DNA of 24,620 nucleotides from a bacterium (lineage in GTDB: Bacteria > Methylomirabilota > Methylomirabilia > CAVQYV01), in contig JAZDMQ010000083.1 of NCBI GenBank assembly GCA_043800755.1, positions 1-24,620 on the forward strand. Direction: 5' to 3'. Numbering within the stretch: position 1 is the stretch's first letter; the number at the start of each line of letters is the position of its first letter. The notes beneath the pieces are model-generated. The model made no database searches and had not been told where the DNA came from. It saw only the letters and a program-made list of their open reading frames with translations. The position numbers were made by a program, and so were the translations under genes. Below, in pieces: positions 16,154 to 24,595 of the stretch.

Positions 16154-17285
16154 GGAGCTACCGAGGACCATCCTCCACTTGATCTCTCGGCTCAGCGTGG
16201 GGGGGGTGGAGAATCAGCTGCTGCAGCTGTGCCGCCACTACGATCGCACCCAATTCTCACCCCTGGTCTGCTGCATTCGAGAGAAGGGGGAGATCGGACG
16301 GGAGATAGAGAGGGCGGGCGTGGAGGTCATCGCCTTGGGGCGGAGAGAGGTTCACCAGTTGGATCCCTCCTTGATCCTCGAGATCTGGCGCCTTCTCCGC
16401 GCGAGGGGCGTTTCCATCCTTCGCACCCATCAATATGAGGCAGGCTTTTATGGGAGGTTGGCAGCCCTCTTCGCCGGACCCCCCATCGTCGTCTCCTCTT
16501 TTCACAACATCTATCGAAGGAGGAAATGGCATCGCGAGAGGGTCAACTGGCTCCTGTCGCATCTTACTGACCGGATCGTGGCCGTCTCGGAATGCGTAAA
16601 ATCGGATATCCTCCGCTACGATTCTGTCCCCGCAGCGAAGGTCAAGGTAATCTATAATGGGATCGACCCCCATCAGTTTCGAGGAGAGGTCAGGGAGGAA
16701 GAACTGAAGGTGGCCCTGGGCTTTCCCCCAAACGCCCGGCTCCTCGGGACCATCGGAAGGATGACTCCCCAGAAGGGCCACACTCTGTTGCTGGAGGTCT
16801 TTGCTGCCCTGAGGCGGCTGATGGACCTGAAGCTGGTGATCGTGGGAGACGGCCCCCTGCGCAAGAGCCTGGAGCAGAGGGCAGCTGCGTTGGGGATTGG
16901 CGATGATGTCTGCTTCCCGGGGGCCCGCCGGGACATTTACCCGCTCCTGCGCTCCATGGAGGTCTTCGTACTCCCCTCCCTTTGGGAGGGAATGGGAACC
17001 GCCGTGATTGAGGCGATGGCTGCAGGCAGGGCCGTGGTGGCCAGCGATATCCCTCCCCTCCGGGAGGTCGTTCCCTCGCCCGAGCTGGGGACATTGGTGA
17101 CCCCAAATGATAAGGACTCGCTCCTTCAGGCCCTTGGGCGACTTCTTGCGGACCGTGAGTTGAGGGAGAGGATGGGAGAGCGGGCAAGGGAATATGCCTT
17201 GAGCCGGTTTCCCATACAGAGGGTTGTAGCGGAATACCAGGATCTCTTCGCAGAGATCCGAGATACCAAGGACCGCTCCCACTGA
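16140..17285 (+). CDS. GT4 glycosyltransferase, paralog of 12256..13401
   Basis: LHLISRLSVGGVE, IYNGID, IGRMTPQKG, PSLWEGMGTAVIEAMAA. Confidence 0.9.
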   Translation: MSRNRELPRTILHLISRLSVGGVENQLLQLCRHYDRTQFSPLVCCIREKGEIGREIERAGVEVIALGRREVHQLDPSLILEIWRLLRARGVSILRTHQYEAGFYGRLAALFAGPPIVVSSFHNIYRRRKWHRERVNWLLSHLTDRIVAVSECVKSDILRYDSVPAAKVKVIYNGIDPHQFRGEVREEELKVALGFPPNARLLGTIGRMTPQKGHTLLLEVFAALRRLMDLKLVIVGDGPLRKSLEQRAAALGIGDDVCFPGARRDIYPLLRSMEVFVLPSLWEGMGTAVIEAMAAGRAVVASDIPPLREVVPSPELGTLVTPNDKDSLLQALGRLLADRELRERMGERAREYALSRFPIQRVVAEYQDLFAEIRDTKDRSH

Positions 17286-17313
17286 GCACTTAGAGGGATT
17301 CGAGAGAGCGCTG

Positions 17314-18735
17314 ATGGTGATCGATTCTAAGATCGGGGAAAAGAGGAGAGTGGGGGGATGGGATCGCACAGGGGCCATCTTGGCGGTCGCGATCCTCGCC
17401 TACACCCTTACCTTTTCCGGGATTGCCTACACCAAGTTTCGGAGCTTTGCGAGCCAAGTCCCACAGGACATGGCGGCCCACAGCCAGGCCATCTGGAACA
17501 CCTCCCACGGGCGGTTCCTACAGCAGACCGTCCTCTATGTCGGGGGACTTAACCACTTCTATCCCCTCCTGGCCCTTTTTGCCCCGATCTGTCGCCTGGC
17601 CAACCCCATCCCGGTCCTCCTTTTTCTCTATACCCTCATCCTGGCCTGCGGGGCGGTGCCGGTCTACCTCTTGGCCAAGGATCAGCTGGGGTCGAGGCAT
17701 TGGGGCCTTTTGCTGGGCCTCTTCTATCTGGGCTATCCTGGGCTGCATTATTCGAACCTCTGGGACCTCAAGCCCATCGTCCTGTCCGTCCCTCTCTTCC
17801 TTTTCTCCTTTTATTTCTGGCAGGCCAAGGACCTCCGGGGATTCCTGATCGCTGCGCTCCTGACCACTCTGGTGACCGAGCAGGTGGCCATCCTGATCGC
17901 CATGTTTGCCCCCCTCTCCTGGATAAAGAAGCGAGACCGGAGTTGGATCCTGCCTCCCCTGCTGATCGGGGTGGCGATCCTTTTGATTTCCATGTATCTC
18001 TATGTGCCCCTGGCCTCTGGGGCCCCGTACAAGCACATCCGAGACCACAGTTTTTTCTCCCACCTCCATCTCCTCTCCTGGGACTCCTATAGGCCTGTCT
18101 TTTCTTTCCTGGGCTTGGCCGCAGTCTTCCTCTTCGCTTCCTGGGAGGCATTCCTCCCCGCGATTCCCTATCTTTTCTTCGGGATCTTTGCCACCAGGAT
18201 CTATGCCCACTATTATCTCCCCCTCACTGCTGTCCTGTTCATCGCATTGATCTATGGCCTGAAAAGGATCAAGGGAGAGAAGGCCTTGAAGGGCCTCGCT
18301 GCTTCTTCGGGGCGAACGATGCTGGTGGTTGTCCTGATTCTTCTCGATTTTTTTGTCCTCGATCCCTTTTTGATCAAACCCAGATATGACTACCCGATGA
18401 GCCCCTCGGACCAGGATGCTTGGGCCCTCATCCAGCGCATACCTCGGGGGGCCTCGGTGACGGCCGATCCCCGCCTGTTGCCGGCCTTGTCTCTTCGGGA
18501 GAAGCTCCATGAATTTTCCCGCAAGGAGTATCATGGAGAGAAGATCGACTATCTGAGTGTCGACTATATCCTGATCGATCCGAGGGGCCCGCATCGGGAC
18601 AACCGCTTTCATCACGAAGACTACCCGGGGAATGCCCGCCGCTTGATGGAGGAGACATTGCGGGATCGTTCAGGATTCGAAGTCCTTTCCGCCCAGGGAG
18701 ACTGGGTGCTCTTTCACCGGAAGGGAAGGCCATGA
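17314..18735 (+). CDS. DUF2079-like polytopic membrane protein (predicted GT-C glycosyltransferase)
   Basis: D..SQAIWNTSHG, NHFYPLLALFAP, GAVPVYLLA, HYYLP and C-terminal IPRGASVTA..PALSLR..DYILID match the DUF2079 layout. Confidence 0.72.
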   Translation: MVIDSKIGEKRRVGGWDRTGAILAVAILAYTLTFSGIAYTKFRSFASQVPQDMAAHSQAIWNTSHGRFLQQTVLYVGGLNHFYPLLALFAPICRLANPIPVLLFLYTLILACGAVPVYLLAKDQLGSRHWGLLLGLFYLGYPGLHYSNLWDLKPIVLSVPLFLFSFYFWQAKDLRGFLIAALLTTLVTEQVAILIAMFAPLSWIKKRDRSWILPPLLIGVAILLISMYLYVPLASGAPYKHIRDHSFFSHLHLLSWDSYRPVFSFLGLAAVFLFASWEAFLPAIPYLFFGIFATRIYAHYYLPLTAVLFIALIYGLKRIKGEKALKGLAASSGRTMLVVVLILLDFFVLDPFLIKPRYDYPMSPSDQDAWALIQRIPRGASVTADPRLLPALSLREKLHEFSRKEYHGEKIDYLSVDYILIDPRGPHRDNRFHHEDYPGNARRLMEETLRDRSGFEVLSAQGDWVLFHRKGRP

Positions 18736-18788
18736 AGAAGGCCTGCGAGAAGGACCCCCCCTCGGTTTTCGGAGTCCCCGGTTTGCTC

Positions 18789-18817
18789 TTGACAGGAAGG
18801 GGACTTTGTGATTTTCT
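18789..18817 (+). promoter_or_regulatory. Putative sigma70 promoter of the rex-atp operon, overlapping a partial Rex-box-like site
   Basis: Perfect TTGACA (18789-18794) then a T-rich, weak -10 region; TTGTGA half-site at 18806-18811. Confidence 0.45.
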
Positions 18818-18855
18818 TCTTTTGATGGGCCGGATGGAAGGGAGGGCCGTATTAG

Positions 18856-19533
18856 GTGGCTAATCGGGCTGAGGAGAAGATCTCCGAAAAGACCGTGGTT
18901 CGCCTTTCCATCTACCTTCGATGCCTGGAGGAATTGGAGGCCGAAGATATCCCCACCATTTCCTCGCAGCAGATGGCACAAAAGTTCGGGTTGAATTCCG
19001 CCCAACTGCGAAAGGACCTCGCCTACTTCGGCCAGTTCGGGATCCGGGGGGTAGGCTACCATGTCCAATTCCTGACCAACAACTTAAAGGAGATCTTGGG
19101 GCTCGATCAGGAGTGGAAGGTCGTCCTGGTGGGTGCCGGCAACTTAGGATCCGCCCTCCTGAAATATAAGGGATTCTCCCAGAAGGGCTTCAGGATCTCC
19201 GCCGTGTTCGACGATAGTCCTCTAAAAGTGGGAAGGTCGATAGGGGGTGCGGAGATCAAGGACCCAGAAAAGATGCCTTACCTCCTTCGGAAGGAGGGCA
19301 TCCGGATTGGGATCATCGCCGTTCCTGCCCCCGCTGCCCAGGGGGTGGCCGAGAGGTTGGTGGCCTCGGGTGTCACCTCCATCCTCAATTTCGCCCCCAC
19401 CCAGCTCGCCCTTCCGCAAGGGGTAAAAGTACAGCACATCGATCTCGCGGCGGTCCTCAAGACCCTGAGCTTTCATCAGGTGCGCCAGGAGAGGAAAGCC
19501 GGGGAGGGCCGCCGGGCGCGGAAAGAGATATGA
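18856..19533 (+). CDS. rex: Redox-sensing transcriptional repressor Rex
   Basis: RLSIYLRCL, ISSQQMA, SAQLRKDLAYFGQFGIRGVGY, VGAGNLGSAL, ILNFAP; GTG start. Confidence 0.96.
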   Translation: MANRAEEKISEKTVVRLSIYLRCLEELEAEDIPTISSQQMAQKFGLNSAQLRKDLAYFGQFGIRGVGYHVQFLTNNLKEILGLDQEWKVVLVGAGNLGSALLKYKGFSQKGFRISAVFDDSPLKVGRSIGGAEIKDPEKMPYLLRKEGIRIGIIAVPAPAAQGVAERLVASGVTSILNFAPTQLALPQGVKVQHIDLAAVLKTLSFHQVRQERKAGEGRRARKEI

Positions 19534-19751
19534 AGGGTCTGGATCTTCATCCCTGGCAACAAATCGGGACCTTGGCCAGCTTAGGGATCACTTTGGTGGC
19601 CGCAACGGCGATCGGGCTGGCCATCGGCTATCAGTTAGACAAGTGGCTGAGGACCTCGCCGTGGTTGACCATCTTGTTCCTGCTGTTGGGCATTGCCGCC
19701 GGATTTGTTAACCTGTTTCGGGAAACCTGGCGAGCGAAGGAAGAGGACTGA
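19530..19751 (+). CDS. atpZ: AtpZ/AtpI-family small membrane protein (ATP synthase gene 1)
   Basis: Two TM helices with IGYQLDKWLRTSPWLTILFLLLGIAAGFVN; directly upstream of atpB; ATGA overlap with rex. Confidence 0.85.
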   Translation: MKGLDLHPWQQIGTLASLGITLVAATAIGLAIGYQLDKWLRTSPWLTILFLLLGIAAGFVNLFRETWRAKEED

Positions 19752-20480
19752 GTGGAAAATCTGGAGACCCTTTCCTGGATTGATCTGGCCGCCCAGGCCT
19801 TGGGGTTGCGCGCGCCGCTGCAGGTTGAGCACGTCCTCATGACCTGGGTGGTAATGGTCCTCTTGATCGTGCCGGCCTTCTTGGCCACCAGGGGGATGCG
19901 AGAGGTGCCGGGTCCCCTCCAGAATATCTTGGAATTCCTGGTGGAGACGCTGCAGGGTTTCTTGGAGGCGACGATCGGGCCCAAGGGTCCCAAGTACCTG
20001 CCCTTGATCGGGAGCCTGACCCTCTTCATCCTCGGGTGCAATCTCTTGGGGCTGGTCCCTGGGTTCAAATCCCCCACCAATAATCTCAATACCACGGTGG
20101 CCTGTGCCCTGGTGGTCTTCTTCTCCACCCATATCATTGGTATTAGGGAACAGGGACTCTTACGGTACCTGAGGCACTTCACCGGCCCCGTTTGGTGGTT
20201 GGCTCCCATTATGGCGCCCATCGAGATCATCGGGCACCTGGCCCGCCCGGTCTCACTCTCGGTGCGTCTCTTTGGCAACATCTTTGGGGAGGATACGGTG
20301 TTGCTCATCCTCCTCTCCCTGGTGCCGTTCCTCATTCCGCTTCCGATGATGCTCCTGGCAATCTTCACCAGCTTCGTTCAAACCTTCGTCTTCATTATGC
20401 TTTCTATGATATACATCGCGGGAGCGGGAGAGCCTCATCCAGAAGAAGCCCTCGCCACCGCCCCAGAGAGAAAGGAGTAA
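19752..20480 (+). CDS. atpB: F0F1 ATP synthase subunit a
   Basis: [46 protein letters not shown] (essential Arg), [14 protein letters not shown]. Confidence 0.96.
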   Translation: MENLETLSWIDLAAQALGLRAPLQVEHVLMTWVVMVLLIVPAFLATRGMREVPGPLQNILEFLVETLQGFLEATIGPKGPKYLPLIGSLTLFILGCNLLGLVPGFKSPTNNLNTTVACALVVFFSTHIIGIREQGLLRYLRHFTGPVWWLAPIMAPIEIIGHLARPVSLSVRLFGNIFGEDTVLLILLSLVPFLIPLPMMLLAIFTSFVQTFVFIMLSMIYIAGAGEPHPEEALATAPERKE

Positions 20481-20485
20481 TCCCC

Positions 20486-20851
20486 ATGAGAGGCAAATGG
20501 CTGGGCGTCACCCTTTTATTCCTCTTGCTTGGCGTAGGAGCGGCCCAAGGAGTCGGTGCCGCGGAGTCCCAATCGGGACTGGAGGGAAGGGGAGGCTCCT
20601 CTTTCTTCCTCATTACGGTCCTGACTGGAGGCTTCGCTATGGCGATTGGATCGGCCGCTGCTGCCTTCGCGCAGGGCAAGGCGATTGCGGCGGCTTTGGA
20701 TGGTATCGCCCGGCAGCCCAGTGCCGCAGGGCGCATTCAGACGGCAATGATCATTGGGTTGGCCATGATCGAATCGTTAGCCATCTATGTCCTGCTCATC
20801 GTGTTGATCCTCTTCTTTGCCAATCCCTTCATAAAATTCATCGCCCCTTAG
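20486..20851 (+). CDS. atpE: F0F1 ATP synthase subunit c with N-terminal signal-like extension
   Basis: Loop ARQP, ion-binding IESLAIY, QG in helix 1. Start re-assigned to ATG 20486 with AAGGAG RBS; 121 aa. Confidence 0.95.
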   Translation: MRGKWLGVTLLFLLLGVGAAQGVGAAESQSGLEGRGGSSFFLITVLTGGFAMAIGSAAAAFAQGKAIAAALDGIARQPSAAGRIQTAMIIGLAMIESLAIYVLLIVLILFFANPFIKFIAP

Positions 20852-20867
20852 GAGAGTCCTCCACCGC

Positions 20868-20913
20868 AGACACCTCCTCGGCGACCAACCATGACGAGGG
20901 GGTGTTTTCTTTT
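20868..20913 (+). terminator. Intrinsic terminator after atpE
   Basis: AGACACCTCCTCG / CGAGGGGGTGTTT stem (with G-U pairs), 14-nt loop, followed by a T-rich run. Confidence 0.65.
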
Positions 20914-20950
20914 GGCGAAGGCGGGGGAGGGCCGCACGGAAAGAACCGAT

Positions 20951-22915
20951 ATGGGCAAGGGAATACCAGGGAAAGAGGCAGGCAAACGGCCAAAGATCCT
21001 CCTCTTGGGGAATTCCCAGGTGGGCAAGACAGCATTATGGTCTGAGCTCAGTGAGGGGAGGCGATCTCCTTTCCGCTCGGAAGGGGAGATCATGGAGGTA
21101 CGAAGGGCGCCCATTCTGCTCCGAGGCGAGACATTTGAGCTGATCGACCCTCCCGGCATCCAAAGCCTGGCCCTTGATATGGAAGAGGTCCACCTGGTCA
21201 AGAGGATCCTGTTAGCAGAGGGTCCCGCGATCATCTTGTTGGTGGTGGATGCCAAGAACCTGAAGCGAGGGCTGATGCTCTATCTGGAGGCAATGGAATT
21301 GCAGCTCCCCCTGGTGATGGCCATCAACATGAACGATGAAGCGCGGCAGCGAGGAATTACCGTCGACCCCCGGGCCGTATCCTCCCTTTTGGGAATCGAG
21401 GCCTGCTTAACCTCCGCCCTGGAAGGAGAAGGGATTTCAACCCTGCGCCGTTGCTTGGCCCACGCGACCCCTCCTGCGCGACGGGCCATCTATCCAGGGA
21501 GCATTCAGCGCAGCTTGGAAGAATTGGCAGCACAACTCGGGGGGGAGGGACCGGCGCGGCTCCTTTGCCTTCTCCTCTATTCGGGGGACCGCGAGGCAAG
21601 GAATTCCCTTGCCTCTTGGTGGGGGGCGGAGAAGGCGGAGGCCTTGACCAGAAGGATCGCACAGGTCCAATCGCAGTTCAGCCTCCCTTTATCCTTGGTG
21701 ATGGCCGAGGCTCGGCTGCGGGCCGCGGAGGATCTTAGAGAGCAGCTTGTCCAAGTCATGCCCTCGCGGAGGGTGCCCTTCGCAGACAAGGTCGACCACT
21801 GGGTCCGCACCCCGCCCACTGGATTCCTTGCCTTCGCCCTGATCCTCATCCTCCTCTTCCTATTTGTGGGGAGATTTGGGGCCGGTACCTTGGGGTGGCT
21901 ATTCCAGGACCAGTTCTTCAATCGAGTGGCCATCCCGGCCTGCACTGCCCTCGTCCGTCCTCTCCAATGGCCATTCTTAGAGGAGATGTTGGTGGGCCCA
22001 TTTGGCCTCATCTCCATGGGGCTCTCGGCTGCCCTGGGGCTCATCTTACCCATCCTGGGCACCTTCTTCTTTTTCGTAGCCCTCCTGGAAGACTCCGGCT
22101 ATATCTCCCGCCTGGGAGTCCTGTTGCATCGCCTGTTCAAGCATGTGGGACTCAACGGCAAAGCGGTATTGACCATGTTCTTAGGTTTCTCCTGCGTGAC
22201 CATGGCCATCCTCGCCACCCGGTTCCTCGACAGCAAGAAAGAACGCCTGATCGCCACCTTCCTCCTGAGCCTGGGGATTCCCTGTTCCGCCCAGCTCTCG
22301 TTGATCTTTGCCCTGGTCCCCGTCCTCCCCATTTCCGGGTTTGCCTTCGTTGTCCTTTTCGTATTCCTATTCGAGCTGGGGATGGGGGCTATTGCCAACC
22401 GGCTGGTGCCCGGGTTGGACTCGGACTTCCTCATGGAGGTCTTTCCCCTGCGCATCCCCCGGATCAAGGATGTCCTCCTCAAGACCTATTTTCGGGTATT
22501 CTGGTTCCTGAAGGAGGTCATCCCCCTCTTCCTTCTGGGGACCTTGATCCTCTTTCTCAGCAACGAAATCGGGCTCCTCTATTCCATCGAAAGATTGGCC
22601 AAACCTCTGGTGACGGGCCTATTCGGCCTTCCGCCCGAGGCAACGGATTTCTTTATGATAGGCTTCATCCGCAAAGAGGGGGCAGTGCCGATCCTCAGGA
22701 ATATGGTCGAGGCGGGCCGGCTCAATCATGTCCAGGTGGTCATCAGCTTGATCCTCACCACCTTATCCATTCCCTGTATCTCGACCTCCCTGGTGGTGCT
22801 CAAACAGCAGGGCTTGAAGAATGCCCTTTATATCACGGGTGCGATTTTGATATTGTGTGTGGCAACGGGAGGGATCCTGAATTCCCTCTTTCGCCTGGCG
22901 GGGATTACCTTCTAA
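20951..22915 (+). CDS. feoB: Ferrous iron transporter FeoB-like protein with divergent G domain
   Basis: G1 GNSQVGKT, G3 DPPG, VVDAKNLKRGL, G4 NMND, G5 TSA; membrane motifs LEDSGYISR, GFSC, GIPCSAQ, RKEG, IPC. Start set to 20951 because ATG 20891 lies in the terminator loop. Confidence 0.88.
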   Translation: MGKGIPGKEAGKRPKILLLGNSQVGKTALWSELSEGRRSPFRSEGEIMEVRRAPILLRGETFELIDPPGIQSLALDMEEVHLVKRILLAEGPAIILLVVDAKNLKRGLMLYLEAMELQLPLVMAINMNDEARQRGITVDPRAVSSLLGIEACLTSALEGEGISTLRRCLAHATPPARRAIYPGSIQRSLEELAAQLGGEGPARLLCLLLYSGDREARNSLASWWGAEKAEALTRRIAQVQSQFSLPLSLVMAEARLRAAEDLREQLVQVMPSRRVPFADKVDHWVRTPPTGFLAFALILILLFLFVGRFGAGTLGWLFQDQFFNRVAIPACTALVRPLQWPFLEEMLVGPFGLISMGLSAALGLILPILGTFFFFVALLEDSGYISRLGVLLHRLFKHVGLNGKAVLTMFLGFSCVTMAILATRFLDSKKERLIATFLLSLGIPCSAQLSLIFALVPVLPISGFAFVVLFVFLFELGMGAIANRLVPGLDSDFLMEVFPLRIPRIKDVLLKTYFRVFWFLKEVIPLFLLGTLILFLSNEIGLLYSIERLAKPLVTGLFGLPPEATDFFMIGFIRKEGAVPILRNMVEAGRLNHVQVVISLILTTLSIPCISTSLVVLKQQGLKNALYITGAILILCVATGGILNSLFRLAGITF

Positions 22916-22928
22916 AAGGGGATGAGCC

Positions 22929-23585
22929 ATGCTGCAAAGGAAGGCGGAAGAAGTCTTAGAGGCGATCTGGACCGCCGAGGAGAAGGGCAAACGGAGGCAG
23001 GAGCAGGTCCAAGAGGAGGCCCAGGTTGAATTAGATGAGTCTCTCTTGGAGGAGTTGACGGGGAATGGACTGATTACTCGGGAAGAGGATGGGCTCCATT
23101 TCACGGCCCAGGGTAGAGGGGAAGCCGAGCATATCGTGAGAAGGCATCGATTGGCGGAGAGGCTTCTCAATGATGTTCTGGGGATGAAGGCCGAGGAGAC
23201 GGAGAGCAACGCCTGTGAGTTTGAGCACGCGGTGGTCCCGGAGGTGACCGAAAGCATCTGCACGCTCCTGGGTCACCCCAAGGAGTGCCCCCACGGCTCC
23301 CCCATTCCCGAGGGAACATGCTGTAAAGAGGCCCGCCATGTGGTGAAGAAGGTGGTGGTTTCCTTGAATCAGCTCAGCTCTGGTGAATCGGCCTGCATCG
23401 CCTACATCAATACCAAGAAGCACGCCCTGCTGCATAAGCTGGTTGCCTTTGGCCTCTGCCCTGGCGTGCAGATCAGGGTCCACCAGAAATCCCCCTCCTT
23501 CGTCGTCCAGTGTGATCAGACGCAGTTGGCGCTGGAGGCGGAGGTGGCCGCAGACATCTTCGTCTGGAGGCCTTCGGAGAGCTAA
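22929..23585 (+). CDS. DtxR/IdeR-family metal-binding protein fused to C-terminal FeoA domain
   Basis: RRHRLAERLL, ACEFEH, LGHPKECPHGSPIP; FeoA-like KLVAFGLCPGVQIRVHQKSP..LAL. Confidence 0.87.
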   Translation: MLQRKAEEVLEAIWTAEEKGKRRQEQVQEEAQVELDESLLEELTGNGLITREEDGLHFTAQGRGEAEHIVRRHRLAERLLNDVLGMKAEETESNACEFEHAVVPEVTESICTLLGHPKECPHGSPIPEGTCCKEARHVVKKVVVSLNQLSSGESACIAYINTKKHALLHKLVAFGLCPGVQIRVHQKSPSFVVQCDQTQLALEAEVAADIFVWRPSES

Positions 23586-23588
23586 CCC

Positions 23589-24578
23589 ATGCCCGCCAAC
23601 CTCACCCCGGAATACTTGGAGGCAGATAGAAGGTTCCGTCTTGCCAAAACCGGACCGGAGAAGGTGGAGGCCCTGGAGCTGATGCTGGCGGTCATCCCCA
23701 AACACAAGGGGACGGAGAAGCTCCAGGCCGACATCAAGCGGCGGCTCTCCAAACTGCGGGGAGAGATGCAGAAGAAGGGGGGACCGAAGCGGGCTCATCT
23801 CTTCTCCGTGGATCGGCAGGGGGCAGGGCAAGTCCTCCTGGTTGGTCCCCCCAACTCGGGCAAGTCCTCCCTCTTGGCGGCCCTGACCAATGCCCTGCCC
23901 GAGGTGGCCGATTATCCCTTTGCCACGCGGAGGCCATTGCCGGGAATGATGGCCTTCGAGAACATCAAGATCCAACTGGTTGACCTCCCTCCGATCTCCC
24001 CGGGCCTGACCGAGGGCTGGGTCTATTCCATCGTTCGGAACGGGGATCTGCTGATGATGGTATTAGACCTACAAGCCTCAGGCCTCTTGGAGGAGACGGA
24101 GATGTTATTGGGAGAACTGGAGAGGGCCCGGCTTCGCCCTGGGAACTGGCCTTCTTGGAAGGAGCCGGATGCGGGGGGATTTTGGCAGAAGAGGGCCTTG
24201 ATGATTGGCAATAAGGCTGAGGGGAGCGTAGCCCAGGAGTCTATGGAGATCCTGCGGGGCCTGTATAGGGATCGCTTCTCCCCCGTTGCAGTCTCCGCCT
24301 TGACCGGAGAGGGGCTGGACAAGATCCCAGCCCAGACCTTCCAGCTCCTCGAGATCGTCCGGGTTTACACCAAGACCCCAGGCAAGGAGCCCTCCCTACA
24401 GGAGCCGGTAGTCCTGGATCAGGGAAGCACGGTCCTGGACTTGGCCGCTGCCATCCACAAGGACTTCCGCTATCAGCTCAAGTATGCCCGCATCTGGGGC
24501 CCGGGAAAATACGATGGACAGCGGGTGGAGCGCGATTATGTGGTGCAGGATGGGGATGTCATCGAGCTACATGCCTGA
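23589..24578 (+). CDS. DRG-like OBG-family GTPase with C-terminal TGS domain
   Basis: PKHKGTEKL helical N-terminus, G1 GPPNSGKS, G2 DYPFAT, G3 DLPP, G4 NKAE, G5 VSA; TGS domain VRVYTK..IHKDF..YARIWG..GQRV..DGDVIELH. Confidence 0.88.
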   Translation: MPANLTPEYLEADRRFRLAKTGPEKVEALELMLAVIPKHKGTEKLQADIKRRLSKLRGEMQKKGGPKRAHLFSVDRQGAGQVLLVGPPNSGKSSLLAALTNALPEVADYPFATRRPLPGMMAFENIKIQLVDLPPISPGLTEGWVYSIVRNGDLLMMVLDLQASGLLEETEMLLGELERARLRPGNWPSWKEPDAGGFWQKRALMIGNKAEGSVAQESMEILRGLYRDRFSPVAVSALTGEGLDKIPAQTFQLLEIVRVYTKTPGKEPSLQEPVVLDQGSTVLDLAAAIHKDFRYQLKYARIWGPGKYDGQRVERDYVVQDGDVIELHA

Positions 24579-24595
24579 GGTCTAAGGGATGGGTC

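Noticed and set aside
16257-18615. Long minus-strand ORFs (373 aa and 365 aa; likewise 2523-3323, 9219-10001, 11422-12282, 23031-23975)
   Set aside because: Antisense shadows of well-supported genes in GC-rich DNA, with no recognisable motifs.
20192-20485. 219-aa version of atpE
   Set aside because: The upstream part is an off-frame overlap with atpB; ATG 20486 has an AAGGAG RBS.
20891-20950. feoB start at ATG 20891
   Set aside because: It lies within the atpE terminator hairpin and has no RBS.
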